A stretch of DNA of 64,000 nt from Octopus vulgaris (lineage: Eukaryota), in the NCBI GenBank assembly GCA_951406725.2, contig OX597838.1, positions 24,242,001 through 24,306,000 of the forward strand. Direction: 5' to 3'. Below, one piece after another: positions 1 to 13,500 of the stretch. Under the pieces are notes generated by a model. The model was not told the origin of the DNA. It made no database searches and was given only the letters and a program-made list of their open reading frames with translations. Numbering within the stretch: position 1 is the first letter of the stretch; the number at the start of each line of letters is the position of its first letter. Made by a program: the position numbers and the translations under genes.

Positions 1-972
1 TACGTACACATACATACACACACACATACGTATACATACATACGTACACATACACACATACGAATACATACATACATACGTATATATACATACGTATACA
101 TACATACACACACATACATACATATATACGTATATATACATACATACGTATACATACATACACATACATATTACACACATACGTATATATACGTACACAC
201 GTACATATACACACATACGTATATATACGTACACACGTACATATACACACATACGTATATATACGTACACACGTACATATACACACATACGTATATATAC
301 GTACACACGTACATACATATACACATACATACATACATAAACACATATACATACACATACATACGTATACATATATACGTATATATACATACACACACAT
401 ACGTATATATACATACACATATACGTATATATACATACACACACACATACACATATACGTATATATACATACACACATACGTACATATACATACATACGT
501 ACACACACACACATATACATAAACACATATATATACTTACATACATACATATACACATACATACGTATACATACATACACATACATATACACATATATAT
601 ACATACATACACACACATATACACACATACGTATACATACATATACACATATATATATACATACATACATACACATACACACACACACGTATACATACAT
701 ACACACACACACACGTACATATACACACACATACATACATACGTACATACATACGTACACACACATACGTGTACATACATACACATACATACATACGTAT
801 ATATACATACACACACATACGTATACATACATATACACACATACGTATACATACACATATATACATACACACGCATACATACATATGCATACATACATAT
901 ATACACACACGTACACATACACATATACACACATACGTATACATACATACACACACACATACATATACACAC
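1..972. repeat. Compound (CATA/CGTA/CA/TA)n microsatellite
   Basis: Alternating purine-pyrimidine sequence throughout; source of spurious ORFs 171-512 and 537-956. Confidence 0.97.
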
Positions 973-1114
973 GGTGGGCTTCTTTCAGTTTCCGTCTACC
1001 AAATCCAAACACAAGGCTTTGGTCGGCCTGAAGCTATAGTAGAAAACACTTGCCCAAGGTGCCATGCAGTGGGAATGAACTCAGAACCATGTGCTTGGGA
1101 AGCAAGCTACTGAC

Positions 1115-1885
1115 CAGATCTAATTTCTCGTGCCTACCCTACAATGTCATTCTAAAATTATGCAAACACACCATTGAAATCTTAAAGCTACAAGATAATG
1201 CACGAGTAATTCAAAACAAGGTGAATAAATAAGAATTACATTAGACAGTAATGGTGAATGTTGAAGGGCTTAAAAAGCCCATATCTGGTCTCTCTCACTT
1301 ACCTTACAGTGTCATTCTAAAATAAACAATCGCATCATTGAAATCGCGAAGCTACATTGTGAATAAATAAGCATTACATTTGACAGAGTAATCGGAAGGG
1401 TTTAACTGGCTGTATCTGGCCTCGCACACCTACCCTACAATGTCCAGAGATAAACAATCACATCATTGAAATCTCAAAGCTACAAAATAATGCATGAGTA
1501 ATTCAAAATGTGAACAAATCTGAACATTGAAGGGTTTAACTGGCCATATCTTTACTGCCCACAATGGGCTACACACAGAGGGGACAAACAAGGACAATCA
1601 AAGGGATTAAGTCGATTACATCAACTCCAGTACGCAACTGGTACTTAATTTATCAACCCCGAAAGGATGAAAGGCAAAGTCGACCTTGGCGGAATTTGAA
1701 CTCAGAACGTAGTGGCAGACGAAATACTGCTAAGGAATTTGCTTGGCATGCCAGCTCGCCGCCTTTAATTGGCTATATCTGGCCTCTCACACCTACCCTA
1801 CAATGTCCAGAGATAGGTAATTCAAAACAATGTGTAAAATAAGCATTACTTTCGACTGAATAAGCTGAATGCTGAAGGGATAAAT
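1115..1885 (+). repeat. Tandem degenerate copies of a 130-160 bp repeat (also at about 43480-43830 and 45995-46645)
   Basis: Recurring ATCTGGCCTCTCACACCTACCCTACAATGTC..CATCATTGAAATCTC..GCATTACATTTGACAG..GAAGGG. Confidence 0.75.
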
Positions 1886-1903
1886 TAAATTACAGTCAGT
1901 ACT

Positions 1904-1909
1904 TTTATT
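1904..1909 (-). terminator. Candidate polyadenylation signal AATAAA for WDR76
   Basis: TTTATT on the plus strand about 170 nt downstream of the stop codon. Confidence 0.5.
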
Positions 1910-2049
1910 ACTTAAGGAGAAATAAAAGTTTGAGAGAATGTTTCAGGTGGGTGTTCAAAAGAAAAGAAAGAGAAAAGGAAAAAAATGGTTGTGAAATACT
2001 GATCTAATCAGAAATGGTAATCTTTGCTGATGAAAATCCCTTTTTGTTC

Positions 2050-2078
<29 letters not shown>

Positions 2079-2080
<2 letters not shown>

Positions 2081-2228
2081 ACTTGAAGACATGAAGTTTT
2101 CCACTGGCATTGGCGCCAACAACAGCGTTTATCGTCGGATGAAATTCATTCAGAGACTGGACAGAGTTGATCAGTTCTGGATGATGAAGAACCATCATAC
2201 ATCTACCTTCATTGTTGATCAACTCAAC
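2079..2228 (-). CDS. WDR76: WDR76 terminal exon 14 (VELINNEG..FHPTINAVVGANASGKLHVFK*)
   Basis: TTTCAG acceptor, final WD blade, TAA at 2079-2081. Confidence 0.94.
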
Positions 2229-4794
2229 CTGAAATTGAAGGGGAAAAAATATATATATATATATATTCCTTTACTAGACTCAGCTCAAGAGCTGAAGCTA
2301 TGCTGGGGTATCATCATCATAATTTTTTTTTCTATGCTGGCATGGGTTGGACGGTTTCACAGGGGCTAGCTAGGCAGAAGACTGAACCAGTCTTCACTGG
2401 TCTTTTTGGCAGGGTGTTTATGGCTGGATATCCTTCCAAATACTGACCACACCACAGAATGGACTGAGAGCTTTTTATGAGGCAACCATAGCTGTTATTT
2501 TTTTTTTTTACTAGAAGGTACAGGTGCAGGAGTGGCTGTGTGGTACGTAGCTTGCTTACCAACCACATGTATATATGTGTGTGTGTGCATGTGCATGCAT
2601 GTATACGTATGTGTGTGTGTACCCTTGTCTTCACACGTTAGTTTAAATAATACCTCGGTTTTAGGATTTCAATTCTGTTGTGGTGGGCAGGTCATCTTGA
2701 GTACAGTAATGTGCAACATACACGCACACACACATGACAGGCTTCTATCAGTTTCTGTCTACCAGATCCACTTGCAAGGTTCTGATTAGCCTAGGTCTAT
2801 AATAAAAGACATTTGCCCAAGGTGCCACAGAGTGGGACTGAACTCAAAGTTACATAATTAGCAAGCAAGATTCTTTACCACACAACCATTCTTGTGCCTA
2901 AGCATATTTGCATCTAAAACAAGTGCAAGGTACACACACAATGGCAGCATAGGCTATGCTATCAAACCAGAGCTCTCACGATTGCCAAGAGAAGCTCCTT
3001 ACTTTCGACTATACACACACCATTATCATTTAACATCCGTTGTCCATGCTGGCATGGGTTGGACGGTTTGACTAGGCTGGCCTACTGGAAGGCTGCGCTG
3101 GGCTCTAATCTGATTTGGCATGGCTTTCTACAGCTGGATGCCCTTCCTAACACCAACCACTCTAAGAGTGTAATGGGTGCCTTTATGTGCCATTTGTGTG
3201 ACACCAGTATCTGCCACGTGCCAAAGCAAGAGATACCATAGCATTTCAAGTGATATTGTGTCCATTGACATCGAGACTATTGCTATGAATGAAGCAAATA
3301 TGTTTAATAAAAGGAGACAAATCTTACCTGTCTTGGTCGATTCATACTGCCACTTATGAACAGGTCCTCTCTGCATGGGTGCCAAGTTGCACGGAATTTG
3401 GTAAGCCACCGACCAGTCTGGTTGTTGTGGCTTTCAGTTTGAAAAAGACATTGAGAAAAGATATTCAGAATTATGTGCGAATGAATGAGTGAAAGAATTG
3501 TGTGTGAGTGCAAATATGATGGTAATTAAATTAAGAAATTTCAATTTATTTGTGATCTCAAATCGAAACGGATGCTAATCCATCAGAAGGTAAATTTCCC
3601 AGGGTCATGCTGTTTCCCCCTCCCCAGGCCCTAAGAGTAAAAGAGACTATTTCAACCAGTTATGGCTGATTTGAATGCTAAAATGTTAAGACAGCTGTGG
3701 TAAGGGCATCAGTGATGGTGGTTTAGTGGCAGTGATGGTGGTGGTGATGAATAACAACAAAAAAGTTATAACTTTATAATTTACCTAATGGAATAGAGAC
3801 ACAGAATGCTTGAAGATAATTTGCTGCTATCATATATTCTGAAAAAGAAAAAAAAAATTACGTACATAGGCGGAGTAGCTGTGTGGTGTGCGTGTACATT
3901 GAAAATAAGCTGTCGTGGACAAATAAGAGGGGTCCAACAAGAATGAAAACAAAGTTTTAATGCACATTAAACATGATAAACATAAATAAAAGTATTTCGT
4001 TTTTGGATTTGGTTTGCAACACACATAGGAGTGACTGTGTGGTAAGTAGCTTGCTTACCAACCACATGGTTCCGGGTTCAGTCCCACTGCATGGCACCTT
4101 GGGCAAGTGTTTTCTACTATAGCCTCGGGCTGACCAAAGCTTTGCAAGTGGATTTGGTAGACGGAAACTGAAAGAAGCCCGTTGTATATATGTGTGTGTG
4201 TTTGTCCCCCCAACATCGCTTGACAACCGATGCCGGTGTGTTTATGTCCCCGTAATTTAGTGGTTCGGCAAAAAAGGCCGATAGAATAAGTACTAGGCTT
4301 ACAAAGAATAAGTCCTGGGGTCGATTTGCTTGGCAAAAGGCGGTGCTCCAGCATGGCCACAGTCATATACATGCACATGCAAACTCACACACATACATAC
4401 ATACATGTATAGGCATACTGACCCACACACATGTGCGCAAACAAACAAAAAGGAACGCAGTGTAAATAACGGACAGAGTCAAGACTATTGAAAAGGCTGC
4501 AAGATGCAACGAAAATTTTAGAAAATAAAAAGAAATAAGTGGAAATTTTACCGGTGAGTGTGTTAAATTATAAGGCACTAAAAGAGAATGACTCTCCCCA
4601 GACACAACAGAATAAATAAAAGTGAGTTTTAAAAAGAAATGCATCCGATTTCACTCAAATCATCATTAATTCTGGGACACCCTTTATTTACTCGTCTGCT
4701 TTAACTGCCTTCTACTATAGCCTTGGGCCGACCAAAGTCTTGTGAGTGGATTTGGTAGACGGAAACTGAAAGAAGCCTGTTCCATATATGTATG

Positions 4795-4825
<31 letters not shown>

Positions 4826-7800
4826 GTTTGTGCGTCTGTGTTTGTTCCCCCAACATCACTTGACAACTGATGCTGGTGTGTTTACGTCCCCATAATTTAG
4901 CAGTTCAGCAAAAGAGACTGATAGAATAAGTACTACGCTTACAAAGAATAAGTCCTGGGATTGATTTGCTCGACTAAAGGCGGTGCTCCAGCATGGTCAA
5001 AGTCAAATGACTGAAACAAGTAAAAGAGTAACTGATCCTCCAGTATATGTCAAACTGTCCAACCCATGCCAGCATGGAAAGCAGATGCTAAATGATGATG
5101 ACGAAGATGATGATATAAATATATATGGCAAAAGAAACCAACAAAATAAGTACCAGACTTAAGAAAAAGTATTGGAGTAGATTTCTTATATAAAGCCCTT
5201 GAAGGCAAGTGCCCCAGCATGGCCACAGTCGAATGACCGAAATAGTTAAAAGGCAAGGAGAAAAAGAAAACCAGCATCCAATAATCTAACCAAAGCAAGA
5301 AATTGTCAGTGAGAAGTAATGAGTTTCATACCTGATTCTGTCGTCTTGTGCAGTGGAGAGGATGTATTTCCCTGTGAGCGGTGAGAAATAAGCACTGTCT
5401 ACCATTCTGGAGGCGGACATAGAACATATCTTGTTTGGCTTCTTCTTGGTGGCTCTCAGGTCCCATAACGATACTGTACTGCAATGGTATGAAAACATTT
5501 TACATTTTTATCGATTTATCTTGAGACAAAAAGAGTAAAAACACAAAAATTTTATTCTGCTTTACAGCTGTTTCAATGATTCGAATACAAACAATCTATA
5601 CAACTACAACAGGGTGCTGAAAAGCTCCTAGCCCCGGGTAAAAGAAAATACAGGCGGATCAGTTAATCATGATTTTATTCAACATATTGCTCTCTCAGAT
5701 TCACACACTTATTGCAGTGGTCCTTCAGTTTTTCTAAGCCCTGTAAAAGAACTTGGCTCCCAACCACATGGTTCTGGGTTCAGCACCACTGTGTGGCACC
5801 TTGGGCAAGTGTTTTCTATAGTAGAAAACACTTGGGCTGACCAAAGCCTTGTGAGTGGATTTGGTAGACAAAAATTGAAAGAAGTCTGTTGTGTGTGTGT
5901 GGGCGTATATATATGTATGTGTGTCCCCCACAACTGGTGTTGGTGTGTTTACATCTCCCATAAACTAGCCCTTCAGCAAAAGAGACCAACACACACACAT
6001 AGACAATGGTCTTCTTTCAGTCTGTCTAGCAAATCCACTGACAAGGATTTGGCTGGATCAGGACTATAGAAGACACTCGTCCAAGGTGCCACACAGTGGG
6101 ATTGAACCCAGAGCCATGTGGTTGGGAAATAAACTTCTTACCACACAGTCATGCCTGCACCTGTGACAATAATAATTCTTTCTATAGCAGCAAGGCCTGA
6201 AATTTTGAGAGAGGAGGCTAGTTGATTCCATTGGCCCCAATGCTCAACCGGAACTTATTTCACTGACCCCAAAAGGATGAAAGCAAAGCTGATCTTGATG
6301 GAATTTGATCTCAGAATGTGAAGCCAGAAGAAATGCCACCACTAAGCATTTTGTCCCATGTGTAAATGATTCTGCTAGCTTACCACCTTAATAACCAACA
6401 GCATTTAATAAAGGTTTCAAATTTCGGCACAAGGCCAGCAATGTTGGGGGCAGGGAGGGGGGTAAGTCAATTACATCAACCCCAGGGTTCAGCTGGTACT
6501 TATTTTTGTTGATCCTGAAAGGATGGGACGCAAAGGGAACCTTGGTGGAATTTGAACTCAGCACGTAAAAAGCACCCACTACACTCACGAAGTGGTTGGC
6601 GTTAGGAAGGGCATCCAGCTGTAGAAACACTGCCAAATCAGACTGGAGCCTGGCACAGCCTCTTGGCTTCCCAGACCCTGGTCGAACTGTCCAACCCATG
6701 CCAAATCAGACTGGAACCTGATGCAGCGCTCCGGTTTGTCAGTTCCAGTCAAACTGTCCAACCCATGCCAGCATGAAAAGCAGACAATAAATGACGATGA
6801 TGATAAATACTTACCAGTCTAGCCCTGCAGTAACAAAATATTCCCTTTTTACAGGATGGATATCAACAGAACGAAGGCCCTTGTGGCTTGCTGTGAACAA
6901 ATTTTCAGGTTTGCCACTGGAAAAAGAAATGAAAAGAAAAAAATATAACATTTTTTTTTTATAAAAGGGACATTACATGTAGTTATGGACCCTGTTTCAA
7001 TTGTTTGTCAGAGACATTACATGTAATTATGGACCCTACTTCAAGTAGCTATGGACATTTCAGCATGCAACCTCTACATGGATCCTGTTTGAAGTGTTTG
7101 CCCAAGAGAATACATGTAGCTATGGGACTTCCACATGGACCTTATTTGAAGTGTTTGTCAGGGACACTACGTGTAACTATGGACCCTTCAATTAGTAATC
7201 TGGTGGCCTTGTAAGAATTTAACTAGCTTCAATTGTAAACTTTTCATGAGTTAAAACACTGTAAAAACTAGAAAAAAAAAGAAGAGGAAAAACAAAAAAC
7301 AACTAAGACTTAGATAATTAAATAGATTAGCCAACCTTTTTGTACGTATATCGACAATAGCAACATCTCCATCACTTTGTGAGACAAATAGTGTGTTAGC
7401 ATCAAAGAAGGAAAAGTTACGTAACAACACATCATCTTCTTCTGGAGTGTAGTAAATCTACAAAAAAAGATAAAATAAAAATAAAGAAAAATTGTAAAGT
7501 TAAGTAAAAATATACCGTAAATCCTCGAGTATAGTCTGCCCTTGAAAATCCTAAACTTTGTGTATAATATGCACCCCCTCTCTAACTTGAGTCAAAGAGG
7601 TCTATATAACATCCTTGGTTTATAAAACTGTATACGGTAACGTCCTTTATTATTATTGTATATATATAACATAATGCAAATGTGTAGCCTTTTTGTGCAT
7701 TTTGTTTGCAGAAAATAAAGAAATAACAGTAATAACGTTTAATAAATGTTGCTTACTGCAAGTTATGGGTGATTCTTTTATGACTTCATTGCTTTCAGGC

Positions 7801-10514
7801 TTAGCTTAAGGTGTTTTCACGCCCGACATCACAAAATACGTCTGAATAAACATAGCCGGACAGCAAATAGAGACTCTGACATTGCTTGGAAAATAATTTT
7901 CATTTTTAACCTCGTACACACTAGGGATTTTGACATTTAAATTTTGGGGAAAAAAATGTAGATTATACTCGAGGATTTACGGTAGTTTTAAATCATCATC
8001 ACTATTAGATTAACATCCCATTTATTTACATATTCAAGGCAGCAAATCTTGGCATTCACAGTAGTGCTGCAGGAACAATTTTTGTCTCGTTCGATGAGAT
8101 GATATCTCCTGATGAGTACAAGCAGCAGATTTGCCTTTCAATGATGTATTTGCATTTGGTGTGATGCATAGATAGCTATTTAAATTGAATACTGCAGAAA
8201 CTGCATACAGTAGATATTATATAAGATATAGGAAATGAAGATGCATGGCTTAGTAGCTAGGGGTAATTAACTCTCGATTGTAAGGCTGTGAGTTCAATTC
8301 CCAGGGGGTTAGTTGTATCCTTGAGCAAGGCACTTTATTTCATGCTGCTTCATGAAAATGAGGAGTACTTGTAATTCAAAGGGCCAGCCTTGTCACATTC
8401 TGTGTCATACAGAATCTCCCTCAACACTATGTTAAGGGTATGTATGTCTGTGGAGCACTCAGCCACTTGCATGCTAATTTCACAAGCAGGCTGTTCCATT
8501 GACCAGATCAACTGGGACCCTTGTCATTAACCGACAGAGTGCCAGTTATAGGAGATGGGCTTCACTGAGTTTTTCCTCAATAAAATCCACTCAGACGACT
8601 TTAGTCAGCCTGGGGCCATAACTGAAAACACTTGCCTACGCTGCCATGTAGTGGGACTGAACCTGAAACCATGCGATTGAGAAGCATCTGTATGCCTGTG
8701 CCTAATACTGACTTTGAAGACATAAGGAGCAAACAAAGGGGCATTTACCTAGGACAGGGGACACAACTGTCATCATGCCTGACACAAGGTGCCACAATAA
8801 ATTTAACCCTTTTGCAGGCAGAGTGAGATCTTGGTCCCCAGGTAAAGAAGAGTGACATTTTGATCATTTCTGCCAGGGCTCAATGTAAAGCATTCTCCCA
8901 TTGGCTGATTGTTGAATATTAATGCTTTCGGTCAGCCTGAGGCTATAGTAGAAAACACTTGCCCAAGGTTCCACACTGTGGGACTGAACCCAGAACCATG
9001 TAGTTTGGAAGCAAGCTTCTTATTTCTTTACTGCCTGCAAGGGGCTAAACACAGAGAGGACAAACGGATTAAGTCGATTATATCGACCCTGAAAGGATGA
9101 AAGGCAAAGTCGACCTCGGCGGAATTTGAACTCAGAATGTAGCGGCAGACGAAATACTGCTAAGCATTTCACCCGCGTGCTAATGTTTCTGCCAGCTCGC
9201 CACAAACTTCTTACCACATAACCATGCCTGCACCCCTCCACATATATATATATACATATATGTAAGTATGTATAAATATACAGAAGCATGTGTCCCATTG
9301 TTCATTTCTAATCTTTTGTGAGAAATATGTCTAGCTACGGGAAAATATTACCTTGTTTGGAAAGAGGTGAGAGTTGGTGACATGAAATACATCTGACCAC
9401 AAAGAAATCTGCCTTGATACAATCCATCTGACCCATGCAAACATGAAAAAAAGCAGACATTAAACAGTGATGATGAACTGATGAAGTGAACCTATTTTAC
9501 GACAGTGACATCCATTAGTTAAAATACTGAGACACCACAATTGATGGAATTCCTTAATGTGACAATGCTGTTGGTTAGTCAAGTTTATACTTACAGCTTC
9601 AAAAATGCCCTTTTCAAAGTAGCCACAACGTAGAGTACCATCATAACTACAAGAATACAGCTGGTCTAGGTTATATGGATTAAATGCAAGACAGTTGACT
9701 GGTTTGGTGTGGGGATTAAAACAGACAGCTCCACCATCAGCAAGTCCTTGACCCTGGAAATAATGAAGTATACACACATATATATATTTCTTTATTGCCC
9801 ACAAGGGGCTAAACATAGAGGGGACAGACAAATGGATTAAGTCAACTATATCGACCCCAGTGCATAACTGGTACTTTATTTAGCAACCCCGAAAGGATGA
9901 AAGGCAAAGTCGATCTCGGCAGAATTTGAACTCAGAACATAACATCAAACGAAATACTGCTAAGCATTTCACCAGACGCACTAATGTTTCAGCCACCTCG
10001 CTGCCTTTAATATATATATATATATATATATACATACAAAGTGAGAGAGAGATGCAGAGATACATGGGAGCTGTGAGAGTCGGAGCATTGGGTTCAATAC
10101 CACCCAACTTGAAGAAACATCTGTACCAGCTTAACTTGGAACTTCATGCATACTACATAAAGTACTGTCAGTCTGGGGTCCTTGTTGTGACTTTTGACAG
10201 ACAATACAAACCTCTGGTACACACAATATCTTCAATCTACAACATCATAATATCGGGTATTGTGCAACAACAACGTTTTCAAATTTTGACACAGGGCCAG
10301 CAATTTCAGGGTAGGGTTAAGACCAATGCATTGACCATAGTACTTAGCTGGTATTTATTTTATTGAAATTTAGAAATACCAGCTAAATCATCCTCGGATC
10401 TTATCATTTAATGTAGTTCTGAGTACTAAATTTTATTACACTTGAATAAAAGATAGCATGGTCATGTTTGGAAAGCCTCTAATCACAATTCTACTTACAG
10501 TGTGTATGAATGTG

Positions 10515-10564
<50 letters not shown>

Positions 10565-13500
10565 TAGATAGATAGATAGATATGGAGAAAGGCACACACA
10601 CATACATATGAATATTAAATAATACAAAGTTTATAAAAAAACAAATAACCCATTTCGTAGAATTCAGCAAAAATGTTAAAAAAAAAAAAAAAAAAGAAAC
10701 CTGAAACAATTTCCTAGAAAGCAAGATCAAATTATTAAATTTGAAAAACTTACCACATCCCAAAGGCCAATTGATCCCCATTTTCCACCAGCACCAACTA
10801 GGATTTTCTCTTTGGATGGGTGCATCACGACAGAGAAAATTCTGGATTCAACAACTTTGCGGACTTGGTTTTCAGTGACTTTCACTCGAGAAAATCCAGA
10901 CAAAAAGCTACAAACAATTAAGTTGAATTATTGAGAATTAAAACAACGTTATTTATTGTTTTGGGGATCAACGTTTTTTTCACAAACAGAAGGTAGACAT
11001 TTTGAAGAATTGCTTATCATTGAAGTTGGGCATGAGAGGAATTATATGCAATGTGCAAGAGAGGAGACTGTTGGTTTGGACATGCATAGAGAAGTGCTGA
11101 TCACTTAAAGTGGAGGAAAGTTGCGAGAGAGAGAGAGACCCAGGAAGGCATGGATGAAGTAGTGAAGGTCAATTTCAAAACGCTGAGCCTTAAGGAGATG
11201 ACAGAGAATCGAGATATGTGGCATATTGCTGTAGTCAAGAAGACAAACTTATCACAACAGAAGTGATATTCGAAAACCAAGGTACCATATAAAAGCATTA
11301 GTTCGAGTGTTGGTGTTACATAAAAAGCACCTGGCACACTCTGTAAAGTGGTTAGCATTAAGGAAGGGCCATCAAGCTGTAGAAACCAAGCCAAGATAGA
11401 CTATGGAACCTGATGTGGCCCCAGGCCTTCGCATTTTCTGTCAAGCCATCCAACCCATGGAAAACATGTTAAATATTGACGACGATGAATATCAACAAGT
11501 TTGGTTACCATGAGGAATGGTCCACCATGTAGCTTAACTCTTTGCCAGTTCAAATCATTTTCATAAGTTTGTCCTGAATGTCCATGCTTGTTTTCAGACT
11601 TAATTAGTCCTTGTTTCATAGTGTTCTGAGTAATATAAAGCTTTCCTTTCATAGGGAATGTGTATCGCTTGTGGTGCATGGACACCAGGGAAATACATCT
11701 TGAGTATCACATATGCTACATAGTGTAGGCTAAAGTGTTTCACCATCATCAGCAGCAGCAGTATGAAGGCGCAATGGCCCAGTGGTTAAGGCAGCGGACT
11801 CGCGATCGTAAGAACGCAGTTTTGATTCCCAGACCGAGCATTGTGAGTTTTATTAAGCAAAAACACCTAAGCTCCACGAGGCTCCAGCGGGGGGTGAACC
11901 CCGCTGTACTCTTTCACCACAACTTTCTCTCACTCTTTCTTCCTACTTCTGCCACAAAGTAGAGGAACCATGGTGTAACCCACTATGGTGTGGTAAACTT
12001 TCAGACCCTAATCTAGATTGCAAATCCTCTGTACCTCAGGATGGTTCAGCTCAATTTGTGTCAGTGTAAAAACATACAAAGATAAATGCACACACACACT
12101 GTAAGGTATTTGTTTTGACTTCTTTACATTCTGAGTTCAAATCTCACTGGGATAAACTTTGAATTTCATCTCTTTGGGGTTGATAAAATGAAGTACCAAT
12201 CAAAAATTGAGGTCAAAGGGATCAACTAATACCTACCTCTTAAAATTTCTGGCCTTGTACCTATATCAGAAATGTAATAGAGTGAAAAATTTTCACAACT
12301 ATAGTGGTGATAGTGTTGATGGTAGATTTTGACTAGTATTGGTTAATTTTGAGAACCACTGGATCAAAACCACCTCAGAGATAAGGAAAATGTTTTAAAA
12401 AATTTATTCAAAGATACCTTTGTAATGATGCAGAAGTTGGTGTTTTCAGCTTCAGAGGTTCAGCTGCATCAGAAAGGCTCTTCAGATCAGCAGCAAACAC
12501 TTTGGCGATATCTTCTGTATTTTCATTAGTCACCAAGTCAGACATCTTGAGAGGACCCAATGGCTTGCGTTCCTAAAAGGCAATATAGAACAAAAACTAC
12601 ATTCACACAGGGACTATAAAGCTGAAGCCCATTGTAAAATCCTTGGGCTTGAACAGGCTTTGCAGTGTTTTATCACTTATTGTTATCCATCACCAGCTGC
12701 CAAACACAGCAGCAGAGGAAACTGATTATCTTTGTTATTGTATAGGCTTTTATTTTTTATCTCGTTTCAGTCATTGGACCACACCCCAGTGACTGAAACA
12801 GCTGGGAGCTGTCCAGACTCCAATTGTCTGTTGTGGCATGATTTCTATGGCTGGATGCCCTTCCTAACACCTGGGTGGTTTTACGTGGCACCAGCCCGAA
12901 AGCATTTTATGTGACACTAGCACAAGTGCGTTTTAAATAGCACAGGCATTGAGTTCATCTTATGTGGGACCAGCACGAGTGCATTTTACATGGCACCAGA
13001 CCTAGTGCATTTTACATGACACTTTCACCAGGGCAGTTTATGTGGCACCTGCACCAATGCAGTTTACGTGGCACCTGCACCAATGCAGTTTACGTGGCAC
13101 CTGCACTAGTGCAGCTTACGTGGCACTTTCACCAGGGCAGTCTACGTGGCACCTGCACCAGTGCAGTTTACGTGGCACCTGCACCAGTGCAGTTTATGTG
13201 GCACCTGCACCAGTGCAGTTTACGTGGCACCTGCAACAGTGCAGTTTACATGACACCTGCACGACAAAGGCCTCTCAGCTGGGAGAGGGGCATGGCTACA
13301 AAGACATGCCAGTTAGATGATATTTATGCCTAAGTACATACAATACATATATGCAAACACTTAAATACATCACAAATGCACAAACATACACAGGCATGTA
13401 TATTCTCTTGAATTTTTTGTTGTAGAAAATAAACGAATGAAATGTAGAACAACTTTGCTTACCATTTTCTCCTCTTGTTCAGCAACATCTGGCAGGGATG

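Noticed and set aside
171-1113. ORFs rich in C/V/Y/M or H/T/Y/I (also at 31514-33182, 47970-48720 and 53540-53860)
   Set aside because: Translations of stop-free (CA/TA/CATA)n microsatellites.
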